A stretch of DNA of 64,000 nucleotides from Candidatus Latescibacterota bacterium. Its GTDB lineage: Bacteria > Latescibacterota > UBA2968 > UBA8231. This document shows, in pieces, positions 1-9,616 of this stretch. The position numbers and the translations under genes are program-made. The notes below the pieces were generated by a model that had not been told where the DNA came from, did no database searches, and saw only the letters and a list, made by a program, of their open reading frames with translations. The stretch is from the NCBI GenBank assembly GCA_965223905.1, contig CBDCXV010000010.1, forward strand, positions 1,504,001 through 1,568,000, written 5' to 3'. Position 1 is the first letter of the stretch; each line of letters begins with the position of its first letter.

Positions 1-1009
1 CGATCAGCCGCAGCGCGAACGAGCGCGAATCGAGGCCCGTCCAAGAGATGTCGACGAGCAGGTAGAAGGCCCCTCCCGGGGTGTAGCGGTAGAGTCCGTA
101 TTCACGCAGGATCTCCAGGGCGAGGTCGCGCCGCGCCCGGTAGCGGTCGCACATGGCGCGCACGCAATCCCCGGGCCCCTCGAGGGCGGCGACCGCGGCC
201 TTCTGAGCGAACCCGACGCCGCAGGAGACCAGCGGCTCCTGCAGCTTGGCGGCCAGCTCGACGTAGTCTGCCCGCGCCCGCGTGAAGCCGACGCGGAAGC
301 CGGTCATGGCGAAGCTCTTCGACATACCCGTCACCAGGATCAGGCGTTCGTCGGCGTCGTGCGGCAGGGCGCTGGCGTGGCTCCCGTCGAACACGATCTC
401 CCCGTAGATCTCGTCGGACAGCACCCACAGGTCGTGCCGCCGCGCGAACTCCATCAACCGCCCGGTCAGGGCCTCGTCGTGCACCTGTCCGGTGGGATTG
501 GACGGGTTGCACAGCAGCAGCAGCTTGGTGCGGTCCGACACCAGGGACTCCATTTCCTCGATATCGGGGAGAAAGCTGCGCTCCGGACGCAGGTTGTAGT
601 ACACCGGCCTCCCGTGGAAGAGCGCCACCGCCATGGCGTAGTTGGGCCAGCCGGGATCGGGGAGCAGCACCTCGTCCCCGGGGTCGAGCAGGCCGAGGAA
701 GGCGCTCGCGGCGCTGAGCACGGCCCCCTGGGTGACAAGGATCTGTTCCGGCGCCGTGGCGACGCCCGTGCCGCGTTCGATGTAGCGGGCCGCGGCCGCG
801 CGCAGGTCGTCGATACCGGCGTTCGGCACGTAGCGGGTGTGCCCCTGGCGGGCGCCGCGGCAGGCCGCTTCGACGATGTGGTCCGGGGTGTCGAAGTCAG
901 GCTGGCCGACCTCGAGGTGGATCACCCCCTCCGTCGCCCAGGCGAGGTCCATGATTTCCCGGATCCCGGACCGCGGCAGCTCCGAGGGGATCCGGGCGAA
1001 TGGCTTCAT
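1..1009 (-). CDS. PLP-dependent class I/II aminotransferase (aspartate aminotransferase family), 3' end outside window
   Basis: Not in ORF track because no stop lies in the window. Hand translation from ATG 1009: MKPFARIPSELPRSGIREIMDLAW...IHLEVGQPDFDTP, NPSNPTG, SDEIY, SKSFAMTGFRVG (PLP lysine motif). Confidence 0.92.
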   Translation of the reverse strand, partial: MKPFARIPSELPRSGIREIMDLAWATEGVIHLEVGQPDFDTPDHIVEAACRGARQGHTRYVPNAGIDDLRAAAARYIERGTGVATAPEQILVTQGAVLSAASAFLGLLDPGDEVLLPDPGWPNYAMAVALFHGRPVYYNLRPERSFLPDIEEMESLVSDRTKLLLLCNPSNPTGQVHDEALTGRLMEFARRHDLWVLSDEIYGEIVFDGSHASALPHDADERLILVTGMSKSFAMTGFRVGFTRARADYVELAAKLQEPLVSCGVGFAQKAAVAALEGPGDCVRAMCDRYRARRDLALEILREYGLYRYTPGGAFYLLVDISWTGLDSRSFALRLI

Positions 1010-1013
1010 GCCT

Positions 1014-1808
1014 TCAGCGCAGGTGTATGCCGGGACCGGTCGAGCCGATCATCTGAACCGTGTTGTAGATCGAGGCGGGGGTGCTCGCTCCGGTGACGCC
1101 GGAAATGCTTTCGACGCGCTCGACGTTGAGCTCCAGCGCCGGGCCGCGGGCCTGGATGGCGACGGTGGCCGTGTTCCACTCCGGGTTGACCAGCATGACC
1201 GAGTGGGTGCGGTCGAAGCCGATGCCGGCATAGGCGATGGAGGCGTGGGTGTTGACGTTGCGCGGAAACAGCGGGCAGATGCCGCGCGTGGGCCCGTCGT
1301 AGAGGCAGGTCTCCTCGGTGATGCTGTCCGGGTCGACGCCTGCATTGGCGCAGTCGACGTTGTGGGGCGGCTTCTTCATGACGACGTCGACCGACTCCCA
1401 GACGTCGCGGTTTTCCAGCAGCGCGTCCATGCCGACCACCCCTCCGTGGGGAATGAACACGCGCGTGCCGTTGGCGACGCTGGTTTCGGCGAGCTTCTTC
1501 TCGACCTCCTCGTCCGCCAGCGCGGTGACCGAGATCAGCATGTAGTTCGTCTCTTGGAGGATCGCCTCGGCCCAGCGCCGGGTCACCTCCGGGTGCGCCA
1601 TCTCGACGACGAGATCGGCCTGACGGCCGGCGAAGTCGCCGAGATCCTCCAGCGCCAGGCCGTCGGGCAGCCCGGCGAGCCTGCCGGTTTCCTGGTCGTG
1701 CACGAAGACGACTTCCATCCCCTGGTCGGAAGCATCGATCATCCGGTGAACGGCATTGCCGATCTGGCCGTAGCCGATCAGGCCTACTCGCGTCCTGTCT
1801 GCGGCCAT
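1014..1808 (-). CDS. Aspartate dehydrogenase (NadX/DUF108)-like NAD(P)-binding protein
   Basis: GLIGYGQIG Rossmann motif, DLVVEMA, ISVTALAD, PHGGVVGMD, KKPP, FPRNVN typical of the family; 264 aa. Confidence 0.8.
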   Translation of the reverse strand: MAADRTRVGLIGYGQIGNAVHRMIDASDQGMEVVFVHDQETGRLAGLPDGLALEDLGDFAGRQADLVVEMAHPEVTRRWAEAILQETNYMLISVTALADEEVEKKLAETSVANGTRVFIPHGGVVGMDALLENRDVWESVDVVMKKPPHNVDCANAGVDPDSITEETCLYDGPTRGICPLFPRNVNTHASIAYAGIGFDRTHSVMLVNPEWNTATVAIQARGPALELNVERVESISGVTGASTPASIYNTVQMIGSTGPGIHLR

Positions 1809-1968
1809 TTCTACCCGCCCTTTCTGTTTCCTGGTTGTCGGTTGAAACGAAGCTGAATCCGTAATCGCCCCGAAATATAGGCGGCACCGCGTTTCCCCAG
1901 CCAGCGGCAGGAGCTGTCGCCGCCAGTGCCTTCGATGCCAGCGCGAGCTGCCTGGAAATTCCGGCGTG

Positions 1969-2218
1969 CCCGGGGCCTCAGGATGAAGAATCGGACGACG
2001 GCCGCGCCGCTGCTACTGCGACCCTGGTTGCTGATTTCGAAAAGACCCGGGCAGCGCCGCGGAACCAGCTGCGACAGGAGACCGGGCAGGTAGGAGGCCT
2101 TGCGCCCCCGGGTGCCTCAGGATGAAGTATCAGGCGACGGCCGCGACGCCACCTTGGCGACCCAGATGCTGATTTCGTAGAGTCCGAGCAGAGGCAGCGC
2201 CATCAACAGTTGCGACAG
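1969..2218. repeat. Diverged tandem duplication of the tatC 3' end (offset about 139 bp)
   Basis: Shared blocks gcctcaggatgaag (1975-1988 / 2114-2127), cgacggccgcg (1996 / 2135), tgctgatttcg (2029 / 2167), ggcagcgcc, tgcgacag. Confidence 0.9.
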
Positions 2219-3037
2219 CGGATCTGGCGGGGTGAAGATGGCGGCGAGCAGGAAGATGGCGACGATCCCGTAGCGCCTGAACCGGCGCATCAGCTGGGGT
2301 GTGACGACCCCCATCCTGGCCAGCAGCAGCGTGACCACCGGCAGCTCGAACACCAGGCCGAACCCGAGCAGCAGCCGCAGAACGAAACCGATGTACTCGT
2401 CGACCGCCCACTGGGAGGTCATGTCCGGGGGCTCGAGCCCGAGAAAGAACCTCAGCCCGAGGGGGAGGACGATCCAGTAGGCGATCATGCCCCCGCAGCC
2501 GAAGCAGAAGGCGCTGAGCCCGGCGACCGGGAGCAGCAGTCGGCGCTCGCGAGCGAGAAGCCCGGGGGCGACGAAGCGCCAGAGCTGGTGAAAGACCACA
2601 GGAAGGGAGAGCACGAGGCCACCGATGATGGCGATCTGCAGGGTGACGAAGAAATAGGTCATCGGGCGCAGCGACTGGAGCCGGCGGCCCGGAGGGATCG
2701 CCGGATCCGCCTCTCCGATGGACGAATCGGGAAGCGCCGGGTAAAACCCCGAGTCCCACCAGCGAAGCAGCAAGCTGCGCACCGCTTCGACCGGGCCGGT
2801 GGCCCTCGCGGTCTGCATGCTGATCACCGCTTCCTCGTACGGGTAGGTGAGGATCTTCACGATGGCGTCGCTGAAAACGAAGCAGATCAGCGCTCCGACG
2901 AGGACCGCGGCCAAGGCTTTGAGAAAGCACCAGCGAAGCTCCTCCAGGTGGTCGAGAAACGGCATCTCGGCAGAGCCGTCCCCTTCCGCTTCGCTTTGAC
3001 TGCTATCCAGCTCTTTCTGGTCTTCCACTTTCGACAC
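2117..3037 (-). CDS. tatC: Twin-arginine translocase subunit TatC
   Basis: MPFLDHLEELR, WRFVAPGL, FELP, FTPPD..SQLLMALPL..LYEISI motifs; several hydrophobic segments. Confidence 0.96.
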   Translation of the reverse strand: MSKVEDQKELDSSQSEAEGDGSAEMPFLDHLEELRWCFLKALAAVLVGALICFVFSDAIVKILTYPYEEAVISMQTARATGPVEAVRSLLLRWWDSGFYPALPDSSIGEADPAIPPGRRLQSLRPMTYFFVTLQIAIIGGLVLSLPVVFHQLWRFVAPGLLARERRLLLPVAGLSAFCFGCGGMIAYWIVLPLGLRFFLGLEPPDMTSQWAVDEYIGFVLRLLLGFGLVFELPVVTLLLARMGVVTPQLMRRFRRYGIVAIFLLAAIFTPPDPLSQLLMALPLLGLYEISIWVAKVASRPSPDTSS

Positions 3038-3316
3038 TTCTGACCGGACCGAGGGCGGCTACGGTCTTTTCGGGCGATCTCCGATCTCTTGCCTCCGGCC
3101 GGGGCGATGGGAACGCCGGGCAACCGGCGTCCCTGCCGGGAATCGGTGGAAAATAGCAAGCCCGGTGGGGGCCGGCTACGGGTTCCGGCCTCGACGGGGT
3201 GGCGATTTTCCGCGGCGGCGGCCGATTGACGCACCGGTCGACAAGCCGGTTCATTCCGCTGCGGAACGGGCGTCCGGTGAAAAGGTTACCGGAAACTGGA
3301 GAAAGCGGGAAGAAGA

Positions 3317-4501
3317 ATGACCAGGCGAAACGACTTGGCTGCGAAGTACGTCGCCAGCAGCGAGACCGAGAGGCTGGGCCTGTCCATCGGCCACAAGCTC
3401 GGGAGGTTGGACGCGACGACCGGCTACGTTCTCGACGGCCGCTTCGACCACGGTCCCTGCGTCGAGCTCCACCGGCAGCTCACCGTGGTCGACGCCTACT
3501 CGGCCGCGGTCGATCTCGAGGAGAACATCCGCGGCGGCATCGACATGGTGATCCAGGCCTTCGGTGTGGAGGAACAGTACGTCTGCAGGACGCCGGAGTT
3601 CGACCCCCTGGTCGAGCCGGTTCCCGGATCGAGGCAATGGAAGCCGTTCTTCGAAGGCGAGGAACTGGTCGAGCGGGTGGTGATGAACCTCGACCTGCAC
3701 CTGCAGTTCGCCGAGGCCTACGCGGACCATGTCGAGGTCGCCTCCTCAGCGGGCGACGTCTCCGGGATCGTCGCCGCCGGCAGGGTCGCGATGGTGCCGA
3801 TGCTGGTCAGCGGCTTCATCGCCGACAGCCTCGAGGTGCTCCGCGAGTACTACCGCCGGGGCATACGGGTCATGTGCCCCAGCCACCTGAGCGCGACCTC
3901 GTGGGCGGACTCCAGCGCCGAGCTGAACGATCCCCCGGGACTGACCGGTTTCGGGCGCGACGTGATCCGCACCTGCAACGAGCTGGGCATGCTCGTCGAC
4001 CTGGCGCACTGCTCCGACTACACCTGCCGGGATGCCCTGGCCGTGGCGACGAAACCGATGATCGCAACCCACACCAAGGCCCGGGCCCTCAGCCGGAGCC
4101 TGCGCGACATGCCGGACGACCTGATGCGGGGAATAGCGGACGGGGGAGGAGTGGTCTGCGCCCTGGCGCCGGCGCCGAGAACTCCTCTCGAACGGCACGA
4201 GGCCCGGCGCCGGCGCGACGACGCCCTCCACCGGCGCTACGCCGACCCCTTCGAGCGCGCCCGCGCCAAGCTGGCCGACGCCGAGGTCTGGGGTACGAAG
4301 CTCGACCTTGCCACCATCGACCATCTGGTCGACGTCGCCGGGATCGACCACGTGGGGCTCTCGTCCCATGCGCAGAGCGTGCCGCAGTGGAAGGAGTACA
4401 CCGCGGACCTGATCGCCCACGGCTATTCCGAGGAGGACGCGGCCCGGATCATGGGGGAGAACGTCCTGCGGGTGCTGGCCTCGGCCGGGGGCGCCGGCTG
4501 A
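3317..4501 (+). CDS. Membrane dipeptidase (M19)-like protein with N-terminal extension and degenerate metal site
   Basis: GLTGFGRDVIRTCNELGMLVDLAH, PMIATH, GIDHVGL, IMGENVLRVL match M19; HxD, Glu and GSDFDG motifs are altered. Confidence 0.8.
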   Translation: MTRRNDLAAKYVASSETERLGLSIGHKLGRLDATTGYVLDGRFDHGPCVELHRQLTVVDAYSAAVDLEENIRGGIDMVIQAFGVEEQYVCRTPEFDPLVEPVPGSRQWKPFFEGEELVERVVMNLDLHLQFAEAYADHVEVASSAGDVSGIVAAGRVAMVPMLVSGFIADSLEVLREYYRRGIRVMCPSHLSATSWADSSAELNDPPGLTGFGRDVIRTCNELGMLVDLAHCSDYTCRDALAVATKPMIATHTKARALSRSLRDMPDDLMRGIADGGGVVCALAPAPRTPLERHEARRRRDDALHRRYADPFERARAKLADAEVWGTKLDLATIDHLVDVAGIDHVGLSSHAQSVPQWKEYTADLIAHGYSEEDAARIMGENVLRVLASAGGAG

Positions 4502-4508
4502 GAGCGGT

Positions 4509-6539
4509 TCAACCGGAGGCCGCCACGTAAGCCGAACCGGACCTGCCGGTTGTGTCCGTGTTGACCGGAAAGGGGATCGGGATCTCCCCGCCGTGCCAGG
4601 GAAAGGCGTAGCTCGGCTTGTTGCTGAACCGGGAGAGACCGGCCTCGAGGCGTACCCGGGTGGCGGGGGGCAGATCGACGGCGACGTAGCGGCCGTTTAC
4701 GGCCGTTGTGGACGCCGCCTCTCCTTCGCCGTTCTCCACCTTCACCTCGGTGAAGGTGTGCTCCCCGAAGGCGCCGGCCTGCACGATCAGGCGGCGCGAC
4801 TCCTCCCGGCTGCAGTTGACCAGCTGGACCCCAACGGCGCCGGCGGCGAGATGGTCGACGAGGGCGGCGACGTCGGCAGGCAATCCGGGTCGCTGCCCGT
4901 CCCGGTCGTAATAGCGGACCGTTGCCCGCAGCAGTCCGCCGTTGTAGATCGACTGGGGGGCCCCCATGGTCACCTGGGTCAACCCCTTGGTGAGGACCGG
5001 GTTCGGGGGGATGGCGTTCGCCTGCAGCCTCTCGATCACGGTGCGCCCGTCCTTGCGCATCTCGTCGATGGCCTTCATCGACCACTCCGCCTCGGCCGTA
5101 AGGATCTTCTCGGGCCAGTCCGGGTTGTTGCCTTCGTAGTACTGGAACCGGGCCAACTCGGTCTGTCCCCCGTTTTTCTCGCCGCCGATGTCGCCCACGG
5201 AGTTCCAGTCGCGCTCCACCTCGCCTTCGCGCACCCGCTCGATCAGCTCGTAGTCCTGCGGCGACATGGAGGCGTGGTAGAGGTGGGCCAGTTCCTGCAT
5301 GCGCCAGGGCATGGGGCCCGTGTAGACGTGGCGCATCGGCACGATCGTGTCCTCCCGCCGTGGCAGGGGCGGGTCGTACTGCCAGCCGGAGGGTCCGTAG
5401 CGCGTCGGCATGATCAGCTGGCCGTCCTCCCTCGTGATGGAGGCGTCCAGGAGGACCTTGACCTGGTCGCGGAGCAGGTCGAGGTAGCCGTAGTCGCCGG
5501 TCAGCAGCAGGGCGCACTCCGCGGCGATGTTGAGGCTGTGGAACATGATGTTGAAGCCCTGGTAGTGGTTCCAGCCGTACTGGCCGCCCCAGAAGTTGCC
5601 ATTGCGGCGCTCGCCGACGATGCCGGCGGGCCCCACGTTGTCGGGCATGATGCCGCCGTTCTTCGCCGCCCTGTCCATCCACGCCTCGGTGTACTCCAGC
5701 ACCCAGCGCTTGTACTTCTCGTCCCCCGTGTACAGGTAGGCGTGGGTCACCAGCGCGGTGGCGCCAAGGTTGTTGGGCGTGTCCGATTGCAGGATCAGTC
5801 TGTTGAACAGGTCGACGATCTCCTCGCGCCTCGCCGGGTCTTCCCACCAGTCGAGCTCGAGGTCTTCCACGATGGGGTAGAGACTGGCGCGGACGCCGTA
5901 GTAGTTGACGTCGCCGCCCAGCCAGCGCCCCGCCAGGAGCATGGCGTGAGCGGTTTCGGCCCCCGTCTCCTGCAACGGCCCCTGGCTCGACTGGAAGGGG
6001 GACCGCAGGACCTTGTGCACCGGGTCGTAGTTGGGCGCTTCCGGATCCTCGCCGGTGTAGAATCCGGCGAACAGCTGGGAGCGCCGGGCCATCTCCGAGA
6101 TCGTCGGATCGGCGACGCCGAAGTCGTAGAAGGCCATCATGCCCTCGCCCAGGTGATGCCACTCCATCGCCTGCCGGAGATTCCAGAACTCCCGCCGCGC
6201 CGAGGGACGGAAGACCTTCTTGTGATCGTTGAACCGGGTGCGATGAACGATGTTCTCGTCGCTGATTCGCGCCGTCGCGTTCCACGCCGTCGCCGCCATC
6301 TCGAGCAGGCTGTCGTCCGCCCCCATGGCGTAGAACAGGCCCCAGTTGTAGAACTGTTCGAAGAGGTCGTCGAAATCCTCGGCGTAGAGGATGGCCCCGC
6401 CGCGCTCCGTGCACTGGCGGAACCGGAACCGCGCCGCCTCCTCCATCTGGGAGATGAGATTGCGCTCGAGCAGGGCCCATGCCGGCGGCGCACCCACCCG
6501 GGTCGCGGTGATCAGCGGCAGGGCACTCGTGTCGGTCAC
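4509..6539 (-). CDS. Conserved hypothetical protein, about 676 aa, probable alpha-helical barrel enzyme
   Basis: GTG at 6539 preceded by AAGGAGG; strong coding-like composition; motifs DDLFEQFYNW, MEWHHLGEG, NGGIMPDNVG, WGGQYGW, QAGAFGEH. Fold is inferred. Confidence 0.75.
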   Translation of the reverse strand: MTDTSALPLITATRVGAPPAWALLERNLISQMEEAARFRFRQCTERGGAILYAEDFDDLFEQFYNWGLFYAMGADDSLLEMAATAWNATARISDENIVHRTRFNDHKKVFRPSARREFWNLRQAMEWHHLGEGMMAFYDFGVADPTISEMARRSQLFAGFYTGEDPEAPNYDPVHKVLRSPFQSSQGPLQETGAETAHAMLLAGRWLGGDVNYYGVRASLYPIVEDLELDWWEDPARREEIVDLFNRLILQSDTPNNLGATALVTHAYLYTGDEKYKRWVLEYTEAWMDRAAKNGGIMPDNVGPAGIVGERRNGNFWGGQYGWNHYQGFNIMFHSLNIAAECALLLTGDYGYLDLLRDQVKVLLDASITREDGQLIMPTRYGPSGWQYDPPLPRREDTIVPMRHVYTGPMPWRMQELAHLYHASMSPQDYELIERVREGEVERDWNSVGDIGGEKNGGQTELARFQYYEGNNPDWPEKILTAEAEWSMKAIDEMRKDGRTVIERLQANAIPPNPVLTKGLTQVTMGAPQSIYNGGLLRATVRYYDRDGQRPGLPADVAALVDHLAAGAVGVQLVNCSREESRRLIVQAGAFGEHTFTEVKVENGEGEAASTTAVNGRYVAVDLPPATRVRLEAGLSRFSNKPSYAFPWHGGEIPIPFPVNTDTTGRSGSAYVAASG

Positions 6540-6700
6540 AGCAGCCTCCTTGGTTTCTGGTCGATACCCCCGGCGGTCAGGCCATCCGTTTCGGGCGCCG
6601 CGTGGGATCCGTGAGTCAGGACAGGGTTGAAGGTCGGAAGAAACACCGGGAGTGAAGCAGAGACGGAGTCTAAGCAGGCTCACTTCATGCCGCCAACGGC

Positions 6701-6729
6701 TGGACGCAACCGCTGAGTCCGGATATCGT
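6701..6729 (+). promoter_or_regulatory. Putative sigma70-type promoter for the 6901-13332 cluster
   Basis: TGGACG-N17-TATCGT. Confidence 0.4.
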
Positions 6730-6900
6730 TCCCGCACCGAAGCGGCCGCGGCCGCGCCGGTGCCGGCGCATCCGTTGCCGATCCCGGCTTCGAGATCCCC
6801 GTCTACAGCGATTACCGGCCCGGCACCTCGGGGTCGAGCACATCGACCTCCCGGTGCGAGCTACCGGCAGCGCCCGCCGAACCCCAACAGGAGTCGTCCC

Positions 6901-8439
6901 ATGGCCGAAAGACCCTACCGGATCATCTACAACTGGGATGGCGCACCCCACCATTACGACGAGTACCCCCAGGGGATGGAGCCGTTCCTGCAGAAGGTCT
7001 ATGCCCCGCTTGCCGGCACCCAGGTGGACGCCCTGTTCTGGTGCATGGGGGTGCACGAGGCCACCTGGTTGTCCAATGACCTGCCGGTGAAGGGGGATTC
7101 CACCGGCAGGGTCTACGACAGCGTGCTGACCATGCGGGACACGGAGAACCTGCGGGCCATGCTCGAGCGGGGGGAGGATCCGTACGCAGCCATGGTCGCC
7201 CGCGGCCGCGAGCTCGGCATCGATGTCTGGGCGTCGATGCGCATGAACGACCAGCACTTCTGGAGGATCCAGGATCTGGAGGCGATGCAGAGGTCGACGG
7301 CCCACGAGATGACGGCGCTGCGCAAGGAGCATCCGGAGTGGTGCCTGGGGGATCAGGCCTCGGGGTGGTGCGCGACCTCGTGGAACATGGCGGTCCCGGA
7401 GGTGCGCGCCCACAAGCTCGACCTGATCGAACAGGCGTGCCGACTGGCGGACTGGGACGGCGTCGAGCTGGACTGGCAGCGCCACGCCTTTCACCTCCCG
7501 TCCAACCACGAGTACCGGCTGCGCTACGCCCTTACCGACCTGCAGCGGGCGATCCGCCGGATGACGAACCGGCTCGCCGAAGAGCGCGGCCGCCCCTTTC
7601 CCGTCGCTGTCCGGGTCGCCGCGACGCTGGAGTCCTGCCGGCGCATCGGCTACGACGTCGAGACCTGGATCGAAGAGGGCCTGTGCGATGTCCTCATCGG
7701 CGCCGGGAATTCCGGGACCGATCCCTGCTTCGAAACCGAGGAATTCCTCAGGCTGGTCGAAGGCACCGGCATCCTCGTCTATCCCGGCTTCGATTTCGAC
7801 ACCAGGCAGCAGGCCAATCGGCTGATCTCCCACGCGCGGTGGCGGGACCGCTGGTTCGCCGGCATGGCGCAGGGCCACCTGGCCCGCGGCGCCGACGGCA
7901 TCTACATCTTCAACTGGCACGCCAACGAGACCACGCGCCGCCGGTCCCTGTCGACGATCGGCTCGACGGAAACCCTCGAGGGCCTGGACAAGGCCTACAC
8001 CGCCGTCCACCGCAGCATTGGAAGCAATCCGTTGCGCCAGGACTCCGAGCGGGACGACCGCATCTACGGTGAGGTCCCCGTCGATCTGCCCCGGACGCTG
8101 ACCGGCGACGGCCCGGTTTTCCGCCTCTCCACCTGGGATGCCGGGGCCGCCAGGGTGCAGCTGCTGATCGAGACGGCGCACTACTCCCCCTCCAGAGACG
8201 AGGTGGCCGTCACCCTGGACGGGGAGGCCCTGGGAGCGCCCGCGGTCCGCAACCACGCCGCGGAGAATCCCGACATCCCCTCCGACGTCGACGAAAACAG
8301 CTGGCTGGTCTGGGACCTGGATCCGGCGCAGGCGGCCTCCGGTTCCCACGAGGTCAAGGTCGTCCTCGTCAGGCGCGACCCGCGGCTGCGGCCGCCGCTG
8401 GCGGTGGCCAACGTGGAGATCTGGACGAGCTTCGGCTGA
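6901..8439 (+). CDS. Glycoside-hydrolase-like TIM-barrel protein (GHL10-like) with C-terminal beta domain
   Basis: ATG 6901 after AGGAG; IIYNWDG, SMRMNDQH, EHPEW, DGVELDW, GADGIYIFNW. Confidence 0.72.
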   Translation: MAERPYRIIYNWDGAPHHYDEYPQGMEPFLQKVYAPLAGTQVDALFWCMGVHEATWLSNDLPVKGDSTGRVYDSVLTMRDTENLRAMLERGEDPYAAMVARGRELGIDVWASMRMNDQHFWRIQDLEAMQRSTAHEMTALRKEHPEWCLGDQASGWCATSWNMAVPEVRAHKLDLIEQACRLADWDGVELDWQRHAFHLPSNHEYRLRYALTDLQRAIRRMTNRLAEERGRPFPVAVRVAATLESCRRIGYDVETWIEEGLCDVLIGAGNSGTDPCFETEEFLRLVEGTGILVYPGFDFDTRQQANRLISHARWRDRWFAGMAQGHLARGADGIYIFNWHANETTRRRSLSTIGSTETLEGLDKAYTAVHRSIGSNPLRQDSERDDRIYGEVPVDLPRTLTGDGPVFRLSTWDAGAARVQLLIETAHYSPSRDEVAVTLDGEALGAPAVRNHAAENPDIPSDVDENSWLVWDLDPAQAASGSHEVKVVLVRRDPRLRPPLAVANVEIWTSFG

Positions 8440-8453
8440 GCCCCGAGCCAGGG

Positions 8454-9587
8454 ATGAACAGCAAGAATCTGATCGGGCCCACCGTCACCGCAGTGGTGCC
8501 GGAATGGGTCGCATACCCCGGCGAGGACTGGATTCCGATCTCTCCCGACGAGGCGGGAATCGATCCCGGAAAGTTCGCCTCCTGGCTGTCCGGCCTCGAC
8601 GTCAGGGGCGCGAGCTTCCTCGGAGAAGACCACCGGGACGGCAAGTACGGCGCCGTCCTCACCCGCGGCGGCTGCCTGCTGCATTCCTGGGGGGACCCCC
8701 ACTACCGGCACCAGACCGCCTCGGTAGGCAAGGCCCTGACCTGGGTGGCCCTGGGGTGCGCCGCCAACGACGGCCTCCTCGACCCCGACGAGCCGATCCG
8801 CGAGAGTTGGACCGGGGCGGGGGAGCTGTCGCACGAGCACAAGCACCTCGACCGCGGCCATCACCGGAACCTGACCTGGCGGCACCTGGTCGGACGCCGC
8901 GACGAGAGCATCCACTGGGGCGGATTTCCCTTGGAGCTCGGCATACGCTGGTCGGAGAAGCGCACCGGCCTCCAGGAGGAGGACGCTGTGCCCGGGGTCC
9001 CCGAATGGGCGGCCTGGACCGGAGACCCCTTCCACGACTGCTACGCCCACGCCGAACCCGGACGCTACGGCATCTACAGCAGCGCCGGTTTCTGGCGCCT
9101 GGGCCAGGCCCTGACCCACGTGCTGGGGCGCGACCTCAAGGAGGTGATCCAGGAGCGTCTTTTCGACGCCATCGGCATTCCCTGGGAACGCTGGGACTGG
9201 CTCGCCGGGGGGGAGGTCAAGGACCGGAAATGGTTCTATCCCGGCCTCCCCGACACCTACACCTACCTCGATCCTCCCTACGAGACCGGCGGCGCCGTCG
9301 TCCGCAGCGGTCCCGGATGGGTCGTCATCAGCGCCTCGGACCTCGCTCGTTTCGGCCACCTCAACGCCACCCGGGGCATCTGGAAGGGAGAGCGGGTTGC
9401 CGACCCGGCCTGGCTGCGCGGACACAGCGGCGGCAACAAGAGCGGGGCCAGCGGGGAATGCGAGCACTTCACCGCCATGGGGGTGGTGACGACGTCGGGG
9501 CTGCCGGAATACAGACACGCCACCGAGACCAGGAGCATCCTGCCGGAGGACTTCTTTGCCGGGAATGCATCCGGTGGAAAAAGGTGA
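8454..9587 (+). CDS. Serine hydrolase, class C beta-lactamase-like fold
   Basis: SVGK (SxxK), PG...YSS, RLFDAIG, ISASDLARFGHL, HSGG. Confidence 0.82.
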   Translation: MNSKNLIGPTVTAVVPEWVAYPGEDWIPISPDEAGIDPGKFASWLSGLDVRGASFLGEDHRDGKYGAVLTRGGCLLHSWGDPHYRHQTASVGKALTWVALGCAANDGLLDPDEPIRESWTGAGELSHEHKHLDRGHHRNLTWRHLVGRRDESIHWGGFPLELGIRWSEKRTGLQEEDAVPGVPEWAAWTGDPFHDCYAHAEPGRYGIYSSAGFWRLGQALTHVLGRDLKEVIQERLFDAIGIPWERWDWLAGGEVKDRKWFYPGLPDTYTYLDPPYETGGAVVRSGPGWVVISASDLARFGHLNATRGIWKGERVADPAWLRGHSGGNKSGASGECEHFTAMGVVTTSGLPEYRHATETRSILPEDFFAGNASGGKR

Positions 9588-9616
9588 AAGGAACCGCTGA
9601 AGGCAGGAGATAAACG

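Noticed and set aside
1969-2218. Diversity-generating retroelement TR/VR pair
   Set aside because: Mismatches involve all bases and include indels, and no reverse transcriptase is in the window.
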